Source: Desulfurococcaceae archaeon (GTDB lineage: Archaea > Thermoproteota > Thermoprotei_A > Sulfolobales > Desulfurococcaceae). Taken from it: a stretch of 64,000 nucleotides of DNA. Location of the stretch: the NCBI GenBank assembly GCA_038888155.1, contig JAWAJB010000002.1, positions 32,001 to 96,000 on the forward strand, given 5' to 3'. Positions within the stretch are counted from its first letter, which is position 1; every line of letters begins with the position of its first letter. A program made the position numbers and the translations under genes. Below are positions 26,714-37,125 of this stretch, in pieces. Below the pieces are notes generated by a model, which was not told where the DNA came from, made no database searches, and worked only from the letters and a program-made list of their open reading frames with translations.

Positions 26714-28550
26714 CTATGTACATAAAAGTAGCTGTTATTGTGCCAACTGTAACTAGCGTGAGAACAATTGCGTGGAAGAAGCCTGCAGCTATAGTTGTCT
26801 GCGATGCCTTCCCAGCTATTAGCCCCATAATGTAAGAGTTTATTAAGCTGCCAATGGCTAAGGCAAAGACGAGCGGAGTTACCGCTGTTAGAGGTATTCG
26901 GGCTAGCGAGAGGAGCATGTAGAGTATTACCATGGGCATAGATGCAAGGAGAGTAGCCCCTAAGTATGGCATTATCGCTTGAGCTCTCATCCTTCTTCGC
27001 GTCTCTTCCTCTAGCTCGCTCAACACCTGCGTGAACCTGGCGAGAGTGTCTATAACCTCAGGAGCCCCGCCCCCCACTACTATTGAGTCAGCTAAGAACC
27101 TAAACGACGCTACTACGAACCACTCTTTAATTCCGCGGAGTGCTTTCTTGAGCGCTTCCTCAAGGCTCAGCCCTATTGATAGGGCAGCTGCAGCCCTCTC
27201 GACAACTGGGGTTAGAGTTCTGTAGTTCCTCGATGAGGCGAGGACTATGCACCTCTCTGGGCTCAACCCAGTTTTCCTAGTCTCGCTAATATCCCTTAGG
27301 AAATCTGCCGCTGCTCCAATTAAGCCTTTTCGCCTTTTTACCAAGGATCGGTACTTAAGCGCAGGCGGTATTGAGGCAGTTACGAGCCCCGCAGAAATTG
27401 AGTACACAAGCGATTTAACCTCGCTTATACCCATCCTACCTTGAAGTGCGTTAACACTGCCAGTTACAATTAGCGCAAGCATGAACACGGCTACAGATAT
27501 AGGTAGCCAAGTGGCCATCGTAATATAGGCTTCCCAGTAGCCTACTGGCGTCCTAGGTTGGTTCAAGTGAATTGCAAACGCTATTATTAACCCCAGGGTA
27601 GGCAAAACAATGAAGTTGTACAAAGATGGAAGAGTTACGTCAATGTTTAGCGATGCTAGCTCGCCTGGAGTCCTCGTGGCCTGAGCTGCTGTTATCGCAG
27701 CTGACACCGCAAAGAATACGAATAAAGTTATCGATACTATAACTCCAAATATAGTGTAAACTTCGAGAAAGGACATTAGCCTACCAATTATACTCCTGAT
27801 CTCAGCAGTTCTGTACTCGAACAGCTCCCTTGTCCTTATCTCGAGGTAGTGGACAACGTCCCCTCCGCTTCTGAGGGTCGTAGTGTAGCCCAGCATTATG
27901 TCCCTGAATCTCGAGCTCGGGTGGGTCGACGCAACAACCTCTAGAGCTGTTATGGGGTCATCCCCCATCATTTTAATCCTTGTGAGGATCCTCCGCGCCT
28001 CTGTCCTAATGGCCTTGAAGACCTTGAGCTGAGCGGCTCTCTCAACCACTTTCTCAAGGCTGTAGCCGCCCCTAACCATAGTTGCTACGTACGCCATAAA
28101 GAAAGGCAGTTCGTTCTCAGTCTCTATTTTTCGCGAAGAGGCTGCTACGTATGGGCGCATGAGCCTCAAAGTGAAAACCATGATAGGTATAGTTGCAGCA
28201 GCTGCTATCCCTACTATGATCCACATTAGGTCTAGCGGAATAATTAAGTAAGTTAGGGTAAATCCAGCCACAGATAGTAGTGCGGCTACTACAATCATAG
28301 CTATTGTTTCGGCTCCGTATTTAACGGGGTGAACATTTAAGCCAGCCCTGGCGAATAGCCTGTCTAGCTCGAACATACTCGACAATCTTTTACCAAGCGG
28401 CTCGAAAAAAGCCAGCGAGAAAGCTGTAAAAGCATCTCTTGAAGATATCTCCGGCTCAACCTTGGCCGGAGCTTTTACCCCTTCTCTTTGTTGTTCCCCT
28501 TTTCTCTTCTTTTCTGAAAGCTTCTTCTTCGATCCGCTAAATCTCCCCAT
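26706..28550 (-). CDS. Type IV pilus membrane platform (TadC/T2SSF/ArlJ family, two domains)
   Basis: ENELPFFMAY...G.S and DFLRDISE....GLSPE repeats; multi-TM; directly downstream of the ATPase. Confidence 0.9.
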   Translation of the reverse strand: MGRFSGSKKKLSEKKRKGEQQREGVKAPAKVEPEISSRDAFTAFSLAFFEPLGKRLSSMFELDRLFARAGLNVHPVKYGAETIAMIVVAALLSVAGFTLTYLIIPLDLMWIIVGIAAAATIPIMVFTLRLMRPYVAASSRKIETENELPFFMAYVATMVRGGYSLEKVVERAAQLKVFKAIRTEARRILTRIKMMGDDPITALEVVASTHPSSRFRDIMLGYTTTLRSGGDVVHYLEIRTRELFEYRTAEIRSIIGRLMSFLEVYTIFGVIVSITLFVFFAVSAAITAAQATRTPGELASLNIDVTLPSLYNFIVLPTLGLIIAFAIHLNQPRTPVGYWEAYITMATWLPISVAVFMLALIVTGSVNALQGRMGISEVKSLVYSISAGLVTASIPPALKYRSLVKRRKGLIGAAADFLRDISETRKTGLSPERCIVLASSRNYRTLTPVVERAAAALSIGLSLEEALKKALRGIKEWFVVASFRFLADSIVVGGGAPEVIDTLARFTQVLSELEEETRRRMRAQAIMPYLGATLLASMPMVILYMLLSLARIPLTAVTPLVFALAIGSLINSYIMGLIAGKASQTTIAAGFFHAIVLTLVTVGTITATFMYIGV

Positions 28551-28551
28551 C

Positions 28552-30189
28552 CTACACAGCCTCTATTTTCCTCAGAACGCTAAGGGGATCTGTGTAGTAT
28601 GAGTAGACGTACATAGATACAGATTTATAGTCGCTAAGCCTCTTGCTGGCTAGCCACTGGAGGACTCTCTTGCGCCTCTCAATTTCCTCTAATAGGCTGT
28701 CCTCTCCAAGCCCAGTCAATTCCTTAATTTTCTTGAGAACTATGCTACTGCTTAGGTCCAGGTGGAAAACATCTTTAGTGGGATCCCATCGACCTACGTC
28801 TACGTAGTCCTCGTAGTCTCTTACCTCCCATATGTTTGTAACTCTTCTTCCAGGCCTTATCCTGCCCTTTTCGTCTCTTATCTGCACTCTTCTTATAACT
28901 AAGGCTATGTTCACGAGGGGGATATAGGATGGGGGGATATTCATGGGGGGTGAAGTAAGCCTCTTAACGGCGGCATCAATGCTTTCCGCGTGCAGAGTTG
29001 TTATGCCGCTGTGGCCAGTAGCAATAGCCTGAAACAGCACGTAGGCCTCTTCTCCTCTGACCTCGCCCACGACTATTACATCGGGTCTGTACCTCAAGGC
29101 TAGCTTGACTAAGTGGAATAAGGATATCTCGCCCACACCGCTACCAACATATGAAGGCCTTGACACTAGTTGAACCCAGTTTTCATGTGTCAACCTAAGC
29201 TCGGGTGTATCCTCAATAGTTACAAGCTTATACGTAGGCCTAAGTAGAGTAGCCATAGCGTTTAAAGTGGTAGTTTTCCCCGCCCCAGTCACGCCGAGAA
29301 CAAGAGTAGTTAACTTGTAGTCCATGGCTAGCCAGAAGTAAGCCGCTATCTCAGGCGATATGGTGTTGAACAATATTAGGTCCACTACAGTTAGCGGGGA
29401 TTCGCTAAATTTCCTTATTGTGAAGGTGGAGCCTGAAGTAGAGATCTCCTTTTTGAACGTTGCCGCCAACCTGTGGCCTCCAGGCAATATTGTATCTAGA
29501 ACGGGGTATGCTACAGATATGTGTTTACCGGCCATATGCGCTAGCTTGAAGATATACTCATCTAATTCCTCCTCGGAGTTAAATTCTATATTTGTTGGAA
29601 CAGATTCGTACTTCCTGTGCCAGACGTACACTGGCTTCTTGGGTCCATTGCACGATATATCCTCAATGTACCTGTCCCTGAAAACGGGATCTAAATTGCT
29701 GAAGCCAACTATTTCCCTTTCGATGTAATACATTATCTTGCTCCACGAGAGGCCTGGAGTCCTTGTGAACCTTATTTGAAATTCCCTCATGATCCTCCTA
29801 GAGGCCTTTTTAATTTCATTTGTAGCGTCAATGTCCAAGCTACTTATCGGTTTTAGCTCCCATACCAAGTGTTCGCGGATCTCCTTGAATATTTTCTCTT
29901 CTTCGGGAGTGAGCGAAATTTCCTGCACTTCATAGATGATCCTACCGCTGGGGTCTTCAACCAAGTTAACGTATGCGAATGGCTCGTATACGGGATAGCT
30001 CTCAATAACTCGGTAGCCAGGGTTAATGCTGTAAAGCACGTGAGTGAACCTTCTCTCTTTGGGGGCTTTCTCGATAACCTCGCTGACTAGCTCGCCCTGA
30101 GAATCTTTCTGCTCTTTTGCTGGTTTGCTCCTCTTGAAGAGCCTACTAAACAGGCCAGCTTTGCTAAGATCTTTACCCAAGATACTCAT
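28552..30189 (-). CDS. Type IV pilus assembly ATPase (VirB11/ArlI/TadA family)
   Basis: IEDISC, GVTGAGKTT, TIEDTPEL, RYRPDVIVVGEVRGEEA and TGHSGITTLHA motifs. Confidence 0.95.
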   Translation of the reverse strand: MSILGKDLSKAGLFSRLFKRSKPAKEQKDSQGELVSEVIEKAPKERRFTHVLYSINPGYRVIESYPVYEPFAYVNLVEDPSGRIIYEVQEISLTPEEEKIFKEIREHLVWELKPISSLDIDATNEIKKASRRIMREFQIRFTRTPGLSWSKIMYYIEREIVGFSNLDPVFRDRYIEDISCNGPKKPVYVWHRKYESVPTNIEFNSEEELDEYIFKLAHMAGKHISVAYPVLDTILPGGHRLAATFKKEISTSGSTFTIRKFSESPLTVVDLILFNTISPEIAAYFWLAMDYKLTTLVLGVTGAGKTTTLNAMATLLRPTYKLVTIEDTPELRLTHENWVQLVSRPSYVGSGVGEISLFHLVKLALRYRPDVIVVGEVRGEEAYVLFQAIATGHSGITTLHAESIDAAVKRLTSPPMNIPPSYIPLVNIALVIRRVQIRDEKGRIRPGRRVTNIWEVRDYEDYVDVGRWDPTKDVFHLDLSSSIVLKKIKELTGLGEDSLLEEIERRKRVLQWLASKRLSDYKSVSMYVYSYYTDPLSVLRKIEAV

Positions 30190-30393
30190 CCTTTTCTACT
30201 TAACGTGATTACCTGTATTTATAGATTAAGGACTCTAAAAACAGATTTCAGAGTTAATCCAAAAAGTATATAGTCATTCATTAACTTCAATTAAATTTTT
30301 TGTCTTTAGGGATTGATAAAAGAGTGAGCAGTTCAAAAATATATAAAAGTTTATGGACTTATTTAGTGTTATTGGTTACATTTAGGTGGCATA

Positions 30394-33069
30394 ATGCACT
30401 TTAATAAGAAACTGCGCGTTTGCGTCTCCCTTCTCTTAGTTGCAACAGTTATAATGGCGCTGGGACTGTCACAGGGGATAGCTTTCGCAGAATCCATGGG
30501 GCCAAAGGATATTGTGTATGGTTTCAGAGTTGATCTTTCCAAGATTGGGGTATTGCCTAAGTACGTATACTTGCTAGGCGAGAGCAGGGTTATGATCGTT
30601 GGATCGTTCGAGGGAGTAAACGGAGTTGGAGTCCTCAACATTTCTGACCCACACGCTGACCCAAAGCTTGAGGAGCTCTACCCTATTACGGGCCTTCCAA
30701 CTAGAGTAGCCACGGATGGTTATCCTACTACAAGAATAGCTGTAGGAAGCGACAAAGGCGAAGTACTTCTCTTCAAAGTTAATGAAGGGAGGATACTAAA
30801 GCACCTATACACTGTACTGGGGGCTGACTTTTACGTGGATAAATTGTCCCTAGCTAGGGATGCAACTGGAAACACAAAGATCATAGCGCTTGTGGCTGAA
30901 GGCGGAAGTAGAGGTTATCCTTGTATGAATTGCTATGTCTACGTCTTAGATGAAGAAGCTGATGGTTTGCTTCGAATTGGACCAAGGGTGGGTAACGTCA
31001 CGCCGACTTGTCCTGGGCTAGAGGACGTGCAGGTACTTGATGTTGTGCCTCTAGCAGTCTACGGAACAGGTAGCATACACTACGACGCCGCTAACGTAGC
31101 AATAATGTATATCCCTCAGATAATTCCGCTTGTCTTTGACGTAACATATATAGAGGAGGAGACAGGGGAGGCTAAAGGAATCCCTGGAGCTCTAGTAGGG
31201 GTGTCCCTGCTCTACAACAAGACAGGCGCTAGGGTAGTATATGGCGTAAATGCTGATAAGAGAGGCATAGCCCGAGTACCCATTCCCGCCGAAAGGGATA
31301 ATATAATAATTGTAAACTTAACTATTGCTGACATCTCAGGCACAGTGCGCTGGCACTACACTTACGTGTACAACTCGACAGCATTTAAGGAGATCCCCGC
31401 AGAGATTTACCTCCCTGCGGCAGTTCTCCCAAGTAAAAACGTTGACACAAGACCCGCCACGAAGGTTTACGGCGTGCCCCCCTTCCTTGCCTCGATAGTT
31501 GACTTCATTGACATTACAAAGGCTCCGTTTAGGTGCACTATGAGGACGCAAGTTGCTCTGTCGTTGAAACCTTCAGTTAATGATTTAACGCTAATGCGGG
31601 GCTCTACAGATGCAAGGATTAAAATAATGTACAATGATCCAGACGAAGGCATTCTTAACACTATTGTTGTCCTAATTACCCCGCCAGGAATCAGCCAGGT
31701 CTCGAGAGTAACTGACTACGTAGGGGGCAATGCTAGAATAGCGGTAGCTGGTACATACAGCGATGGTAGCTACATTATTGCCGGTCTATCTGACGGCAGA
31801 ATAAGGCTATACACATCTCAAGGCCAAAGCTATAGGCTTAAGCACATCTACGTAATGGGCTCGCCCCTAATTAACCTAGTGACTATACCGAACATTGAGA
31901 GGAATACATACGTAGCTATTTCATCTGGTGGCGTTGAAGTTATCAAGGTGGAGCCGTATCCCCTACCAATATACAGAAAATACCTATCTCTGTACCTCAC
32001 ATTGGGTGAATATATTAGTGGAGATGTATTAGCGGATTTATCAACTATAGCTTTGTTTAACTCAAATAGCTTAGTAGTAGTTAAAAACAGCGACAAGGCT
32101 GTGAGAGAAGACAAGGTGTTAACATTAGATGAAATAATATCCAAGGACATTGAAGTAGTAGTAAATACACCTGGTAAAGAAGAGTTGAGAGGAAGGGAAA
32201 TAACCCTTTCCTATCCGTGGGGCTTCACGAAATATGTTATTACTGGAAACAAATTCACTTTAAATAACATCCTGCCCGGCATTACTTATACTCTACATAT
32301 ACCATCGCCTGCGCCCTACATATACGACTGCGCAATGTCTTTCATACTACGGGAGAACAAGCTAGAAGTGCTCGAGTACTACAATTCAACTGTAAAAGTA
32401 GATCCTACGGGCTATAGGCTAACAATCAACATGTCCTATATAGCGTATTCAGTGATGCTGACAATAATGGACAAAATATCAGAGTCTAGGCTAGCCGGTC
32501 CTATCAACATATATGCCGACGGCAAAATTATAGCGGAGAACACTCGAAGCAACGAACATTCATTACAACTTGTTTACGGCTTCCACAACATTACGGTAGC
32601 CCCGGCAAAAGGCTTTGAGAATACGTATCAAGCATCAACTTTGTTAATTAACGTAGCGTCGGATACTTCTGTCGTTGTAACTTTAAATAGGAAAATGCAC
32701 AGCTTAATGCTAACAGTAGTAGAACAAGGCCAATCCATCAGCAATGTAGCTGTGTACATTTACAGCTTTGAGACTGGTAAGCTAGTCACCGTTCTTTCGA
32801 CAGACGCCGATGGAGTCGTAAGGACAACCATTCCGTATGGTGTCTACAGGATAGTATTTAGCCACGATAAATACAACGAAGAGGTGGTCGTGCTAGCAGT
32901 GGATAAAAGCGTGAGCGATACAATTTCGCTAACTCCTACCACGTACACTTTGATGTGGAGATATATCCCAATAGTCGGAGGCCTTATTGCCGTTGGTGTT
33001 GGCATATACATTGTCTTAAAGATAAGGGTCATCATAGCTAGGAGAATGCTTAAGGAGGAGATATTCTGA
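30394..33069 (+). CDS. Large cell-surface protein: signal peptide, propeller-like region, carboxypeptidase-regulatory/PEGA-like Ig repeats, C-terminal TM anchor
   Basis: N-terminal signal peptide; AVGSDKG and AGLSDGRI blades; TDADG...PYGVY.I repeat; C-terminal hydrophobic helix with basic tail. Confidence 0.7.
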   Translation: MHFNKKLRVCVSLLLVATVIMALGLSQGIAFAESMGPKDIVYGFRVDLSKIGVLPKYVYLLGESRVMIVGSFEGVNGVGVLNISDPHADPKLEELYPITGLPTRVATDGYPTTRIAVGSDKGEVLLFKVNEGRILKHLYTVLGADFYVDKLSLARDATGNTKIIALVAEGGSRGYPCMNCYVYVLDEEADGLLRIGPRVGNVTPTCPGLEDVQVLDVVPLAVYGTGSIHYDAANVAIMYIPQIIPLVFDVTYIEEETGEAKGIPGALVGVSLLYNKTGARVVYGVNADKRGIARVPIPAERDNIIIVNLTIADISGTVRWHYTYVYNSTAFKEIPAEIYLPAAVLPSKNVDTRPATKVYGVPPFLASIVDFIDITKAPFRCTMRTQVALSLKPSVNDLTLMRGSTDARIKIMYNDPDEGILNTIVVLITPPGISQVSRVTDYVGGNARIAVAGTYSDGSYIIAGLSDGRIRLYTSQGQSYRLKHIYVMGSPLINLVTIPNIERNTYVAISSGGVEVIKVEPYPLPIYRKYLSLYLTLGEYISGDVLADLSTIALFNSNSLVVVKNSDKAVREDKVLTLDEIISKDIEVVVNTPGKEELRGREITLSYPWGFTKYVITGNKFTLNNILPGITYTLHIPSPAPYIYDCAMSFILRENKLEVLEYYNSTVKVDPTGYRLTINMSYIAYSVMLTIMDKISESRLAGPINIYADGKIIAENTRSNEHSLQLVYGFHNITVAPAKGFENTYQASTLLINVASDTSVVVTLNRKMHSLMLTVVEQGQSISNVAVYIYSFETGKLVTVLSTDADGVVRTTIPYGVYRIVFSHDKYNEEVVVLAVDKSVSDTISLTPTTYTLMWRYIPIVGGLIAVGVGIYIVLKIRVIIARRMLKEEIF

Positions 33070-33134
33070 GGCAATCTCACTAGGGGAAATTAAAAATAAA
33101 TTTTTCAACTAAGATCGTTTTATTTTTGCTTAAA

Positions 33135-33563
33135 TTAAGCGAACTTAAGAATTACATTCTTTGGTAAATCATCAACGAAGACGACTATAATCCTTAACCC
33201 GCCATTGCCCACTCCGCTTAGAACCTCAAGATCCTTTCTGATAGCAGTTAGTGTGGTTATCTTGTTGTTTAGGGCCTCGACTGCTGTCTCAAGTGATGAA
33301 AGCTCCTGCTGTGGAAATGGGTTCACAAGTACTTTTACGCTACGCAGATCCACAATGTTCGTAGTTGTGCCCGCCGGCATTCCCAGCTTGCTCAGAACGC
33401 TTTTAAGTTTGGTCTCTTGCTCGCTCTTAACTCTCAGCTCCTCTATTCTCCTTAGAAGCTCTCCTAGTATTTTGCGGTAATCTGCTATTAAGTCGTCTAA
33501 GCTCTTCAGTAGCTCACCTACGCTTAGAAACTCCTTGGTAATTATAGACAACTTGATCTTCAC
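33135..33563 (-). CDS. Coiled-coil hypothetical protein (helix-hairpin-helix)
   Basis: Two long heptad helices flanking NIVDLRSVKVLVNP; gene-like composition. Confidence 0.7.
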   Translation of the reverse strand: MKIKLSIITKEFLSVGELLKSLDDLIADYRKILGELLRRIEELRVKSEQETKLKSVLSKLGMPAGTTTNIVDLRSVKVLVNPFPQQELSSLETAVEALNNKITTLTAIRKDLEVLSGVGNGGLRIIVVFVDDLPKNVILKFA

Positions 33564-33723
33564 CCCAAATTACTCAATCTTATGGTTATTAATATAAATT
33601 GTTTAGCCTATAAAAGTTTGCTGTTCTTTGTGAAGACCCTACATTATTACCCAAGCTAAGCAAATTCGGTTATTTGCTGTCCGCATTATTTTTAGGGCTT
33701 TTGTTTTTTTATTAATTTGAGGA

Positions 33724-34566
33724 ATGAGAGGGATGTTTATAGGAGCTATTAAGCCAGTCGAGTCGGGCAAAGCAAAGGATAAGACTCTGTCAAGTGTCAT
33801 AGCGGATTGTTTAGCTAAGAACTTCACGGGCTACGTGGCTTATAGAAATGAAAATGCGGGGCTGTCCTTGTACGTCCTAGTAATTGATGGCAATATTGAG
33901 GCATGTAGGTCTAGGGATAAGGACTCAATTCATGAGGGTGGAGATTGTATTGAAGTAGCTCTGAAATTCCTCGGCGACCGTGAAGGAGAGGTAGAGATTT
34001 TTAGCTCAGATAAGAAAATTGCATTGGTAGATCTTGCTTTGTTTCCTCGGTCTAGAGTTGAAGACAGTACAGTGCTTCTAAACAGCTTGGGCGTGGCAGT
34101 TAAGCCCGCTCATGAGGCGGAGAAGCCATCGATTGTTGGTGGGGAGATTACCCCTATTAGTGTGCCCTTGTCAGAGTTAAGCGCTAGGAAAGATTTCATT
34201 TCTGGGATTAAGTTCCTCGATGAATGCGTAGACCCAGTAATATTGTACAGCCTCTTAAAGCGTTCAACCCTATTTGAGTACGCCCAAGGAGAGTTGTCGT
34301 TAGGGGACATATTAAAGAAAGTAATCGATATCAAACAGAGAGAGAAGGCAATATATATTTACATAAGCGGCAGTGTTAATGGATCAGCTCTTAGGATTGT
34401 GTATGATAATAACGCAAATACATTAAATATAGAGCTCGTTGAGGAGGGAATTGCTAAATGCGGTAGATCAGCGATAAACGAGGTAGGTAGCTCACGCATT
34501 TTAAATACAAAGATATGGATTGTCTCGCGACCCCATCAGCCCGATAACTTATACGGCTTTCTCTAG
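33724..34566 (+). CDS. Hypothetical protein with DUF2226/PatA-N-like N-terminal domain
   Basis: L..NFTGYV......LYVLVIDGNI.A pattern; the family call is from recall only. Confidence 0.5.
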   Translation: MRGMFIGAIKPVESGKAKDKTLSSVIADCLAKNFTGYVAYRNENAGLSLYVLVIDGNIEACRSRDKDSIHEGGDCIEVALKFLGDREGEVEIFSSDKKIALVDLALFPRSRVEDSTVLLNSLGVAVKPAHEAEKPSIVGGEITPISVPLSELSARKDFISGIKFLDECVDPVILYSLLKRSTLFEYAQGELSLGDILKKVIDIKQREKAIYIYISGSVNGSALRIVYDNNANTLNIELVEEGIAKCGRSAINEVGSSRILNTKIWIVSRPHQPDNLYGFL

Positions 34567-34743
34567 CTCTACTCACGTGAGTAGAGATTCAGTGCCAATA
34601 AATACCTTTGGAGATAAAGCGGCGAGGTTAATAAAGCGGCCAAAAATTTCTTTGAAGTTGAGCAATGTAGCCCATCTTTTGTTCTTGACAGCCATTTCAT
34701 TGCGCGGTATTAAGGGGATTGATAGCTAACGCCTTAACAGCCT

Positions 34744-35271
34744 TTACCTAGGAGTGATGTTAAACCCGGCATCTATTATGGCCTTAGCGGCTATTCTAGC
34801 TGCTACCGCGATAACTTCGGAGCATTTATCTCTATTACCGCTTGATGAAAACTCCTCTCGCTCCTTTGGGTTCCTCAAATCGTAGTGCCTACCAAATAAT
34901 CTTACTTGTATGTCTCGGCATCTCACGCTACCGTATAAGTTCTTGAATTCATCGAAAACCTTGGTACCTACCTCTAATGCCTTGCTGTACTTTGGGGAGT
35001 CATTCGCAGGCTCGAGCCTGTCCCGGCCGAACACAAGGCTAACAGCCATAAGTGCCCCTAGTAGAGCACCGCAAACTTCGCCTCCCCTAGCTACGCCGCC
35101 AGCTAGTGCGGATGCTGCTTTAAAGGCCCCGCCGTCTTCTAGCCCCAAAGAGTCTTGGAGGGCCTTTAGCGACATTTGTGAGCATCCATGATACTTAATT
35201 CCCAGCTCTTTCGCGTAGGACTCAACTTTATCTAGATCTAGGATCGATTTATCGGCATCCAATAGACTCAC
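34744..35271 (-). CDS. C_GCAxxG_C_C family putative redox protein
   Basis: GCSQ, VCGALLG, GSVRCRD and KC motifs. Confidence 0.9.
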   Translation of the reverse strand: MSLLDADKSILDLDKVESYAKELGIKYHGCSQMSLKALQDSLGLEDGGAFKAASALAGGVARGGEVCGALLGALMAVSLVFGRDRLEPANDSPKYSKALEVGTKVFDEFKNLYGSVRCRDIQVRLFGRHYDLRNPKEREEFSSSGNRDKCSEVIAVAARIAAKAIIDAGFNITPR

Positions 35272-35696
35272 CGTGTAGTAAATCAGGAAATGAGCCTATA
35301 TTAATTAATGGTTTAGATAGGTCATTAGATAAAAAGTTGAAACATTTCACATAGTAATACACATCTCTAGTAAACTTGCTAAACTAAATGATGCACCTCG
35401 CTTAAGCGTGATCGATGTAAGCCATTCATTGGCACCTAGGGCTCTTTGTTGCCAGCAACTTCATTACCATTCTCATTAGGCTTGTTTAGCATGTAACACT
35501 TACCGCCTCTCTACTCAATTGAGGACGTGTTAAGGCTTGAAAAGACAATCGCTTAATTTAGCTCTTAGCTAAATTTTTTAGGATTTTATAAACTAATCCC
35601 TAGGAATTCCGCATACCGCGAAATTTAAGTATAGCTGACCCCTTTAAACTGCAGTGAAGATTAAATGAGCGAATATAAAAAACTACATAGTCTGGA

Positions 35697-36920
35697 CTAC
35701 TTCTCTACTATCTCTAGCCGCTTTATCTTAATGCCCCTCTTCTCTAACTCGCCCTGGAGCGCGCTAAGCGGCACATCTGTGCCCGGGAACAGTATCCCCC
35801 TCTTGCTTATATCCCCCCTTAAGATCATCTGCGCCCCAACGCTAGCAGTAAAGCCAGTTGTCCTCTGCATTGCAGTGAACCCAGTCTCGAGGTCCCTGTA
35901 GTCTAAGAGCTGGTAAACTACTCTAGCGTACTTGCCTCCCTTAACCCCTCGAGCGTCGACGCGAACTAGCGCTATGTCCCTCTCGCCCTCCTTTAGCTGC
36001 AGCTGGGGCTCGAGCAGAGCTGCTAGGAACTTCCTGGGGGATACAGAGGCGCTGTCTACCCTTATAGGCTCTTCGTCTAAGAAGTGAAGATCTACAAGTT
36101 TCTTCCAGAAATCGCAGTGTCCAGGCCACCTCATGCTGTATCGCCCTGCGAACTTCAGCTTGCCGAGCAACTCAAACCTCTCGGCGTACTCAGCTGCATC
36201 CCCATTAGGATAGGACTCTAGGATGCCCAGCTCTTCTACTTTCTCTTCGCGGCAGTATTCAGGGGAGAATATTTGATCCCCCGGCACGAGCTTTACTTTA
36301 CCTTCGTGTATAATACGCGCTGGTCTTACATACGCTCTGAGCACTCCCTCGAAGTGCCAAGTCACCTTGTACTTGAGCGGGTTAGTAGAAGCTGCTTGAG
36401 GGTCGGGGATCCCTGCCCCATAAGTATAGAGCTCATAAACTTCATCCAGCTCTTTAATGGCTTGACCTGTTAGAACTAGATCTATGCCCGGGTCTAGGCC
36501 GAACTCAGGCAAAGCAGTTACCTGTCTCTTCTTGGCTATCTCATCCAATCGCCTAACCTCTTCCCTGAGCGCAGAGTAGCGCGGCGGGTCTGTTATCGCA
36601 CTCGGATCAAGGGCGTACATAGTGCTTACTATGTGTTTTCCATTTTCAATAGCAAGCTTGATAAATGTAAAGGTGAACTGCGGCGGCGATAAATCCACTA
36701 CTATATCTGCTTTCTTAATTAGCTCACTAATTTTTTCTGTCTCCTTAAAATCTAGCTTAATAAATGTAGCTTTATCGACTCCTAAGCCCTTCACGTATCT
36801 CTCTGCGTCATCGCTAATGTCAACCGCTGTAACCTCGCCTATAATGTTGCTCTTGAGGAGGTCCCATAAAGCTGCTTTTCCCTGCTTTCCTACACCAAGT
36901 AGTAGAGCTTTATAGCCCAC
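35697..36920 (-). CDS. Saccharopine dehydrogenase / lysine 6-dehydrogenase family protein
   Basis: LLGVGKQG Rossmann motif, FGLDPGID, NPLKYKVTW, RWPGH and TAMQRTTGF. Confidence 0.88.
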   Translation of the reverse strand: MGYKALLLGVGKQGKAALWDLLKSNIIGEVTAVDISDDAERYVKGLGVDKATFIKLDFKETEKISELIKKADIVVDLSPPQFTFTFIKLAIENGKHIVSTMYALDPSAITDPPRYSALREEVRRLDEIAKKRQVTALPEFGLDPGIDLVLTGQAIKELDEVYELYTYGAGIPDPQAASTNPLKYKVTWHFEGVLRAYVRPARIIHEGKVKLVPGDQIFSPEYCREEKVEELGILESYPNGDAAEYAERFELLGKLKFAGRYSMRWPGHCDFWKKLVDLHFLDEEPIRVDSASVSPRKFLAALLEPQLQLKEGERDIALVRVDARGVKGGKYARVVYQLLDYRDLETGFTAMQRTTGFTASVGAQMILRGDISKRGILFPGTDVPLSALQGELEKRGIKIKRLEIVEK

Positions 36921-37125
36921 GGTTACACCTTGTGAGCATGTAAATTATACGCTGGTAAATATATTAAGCTTTATACCATCTGTCATAGCTTGTATTCATT
37001 GCCGACACACAGGATAAGAGAAGCACAAGAGAACAACTAGACCTCTTGGTGCTTTGTAGCACACTAAATTTCACTGGACTTTTTAACTACATAGCGCAAG
37101 GCTTGTGTTAAAGGCTTAAAGGAAA

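Noticed and set aside
26300-30189. Archaellum operon
   Set aside because: No archaellin, ArlF/G or adjacent ArlH; the subunits are short pilins.
35385-35440. Possible C/D sRNA (ATGATGC ... GTGA)
   Set aside because: Degenerate boxes, no terminal D box and no recognisable guide.
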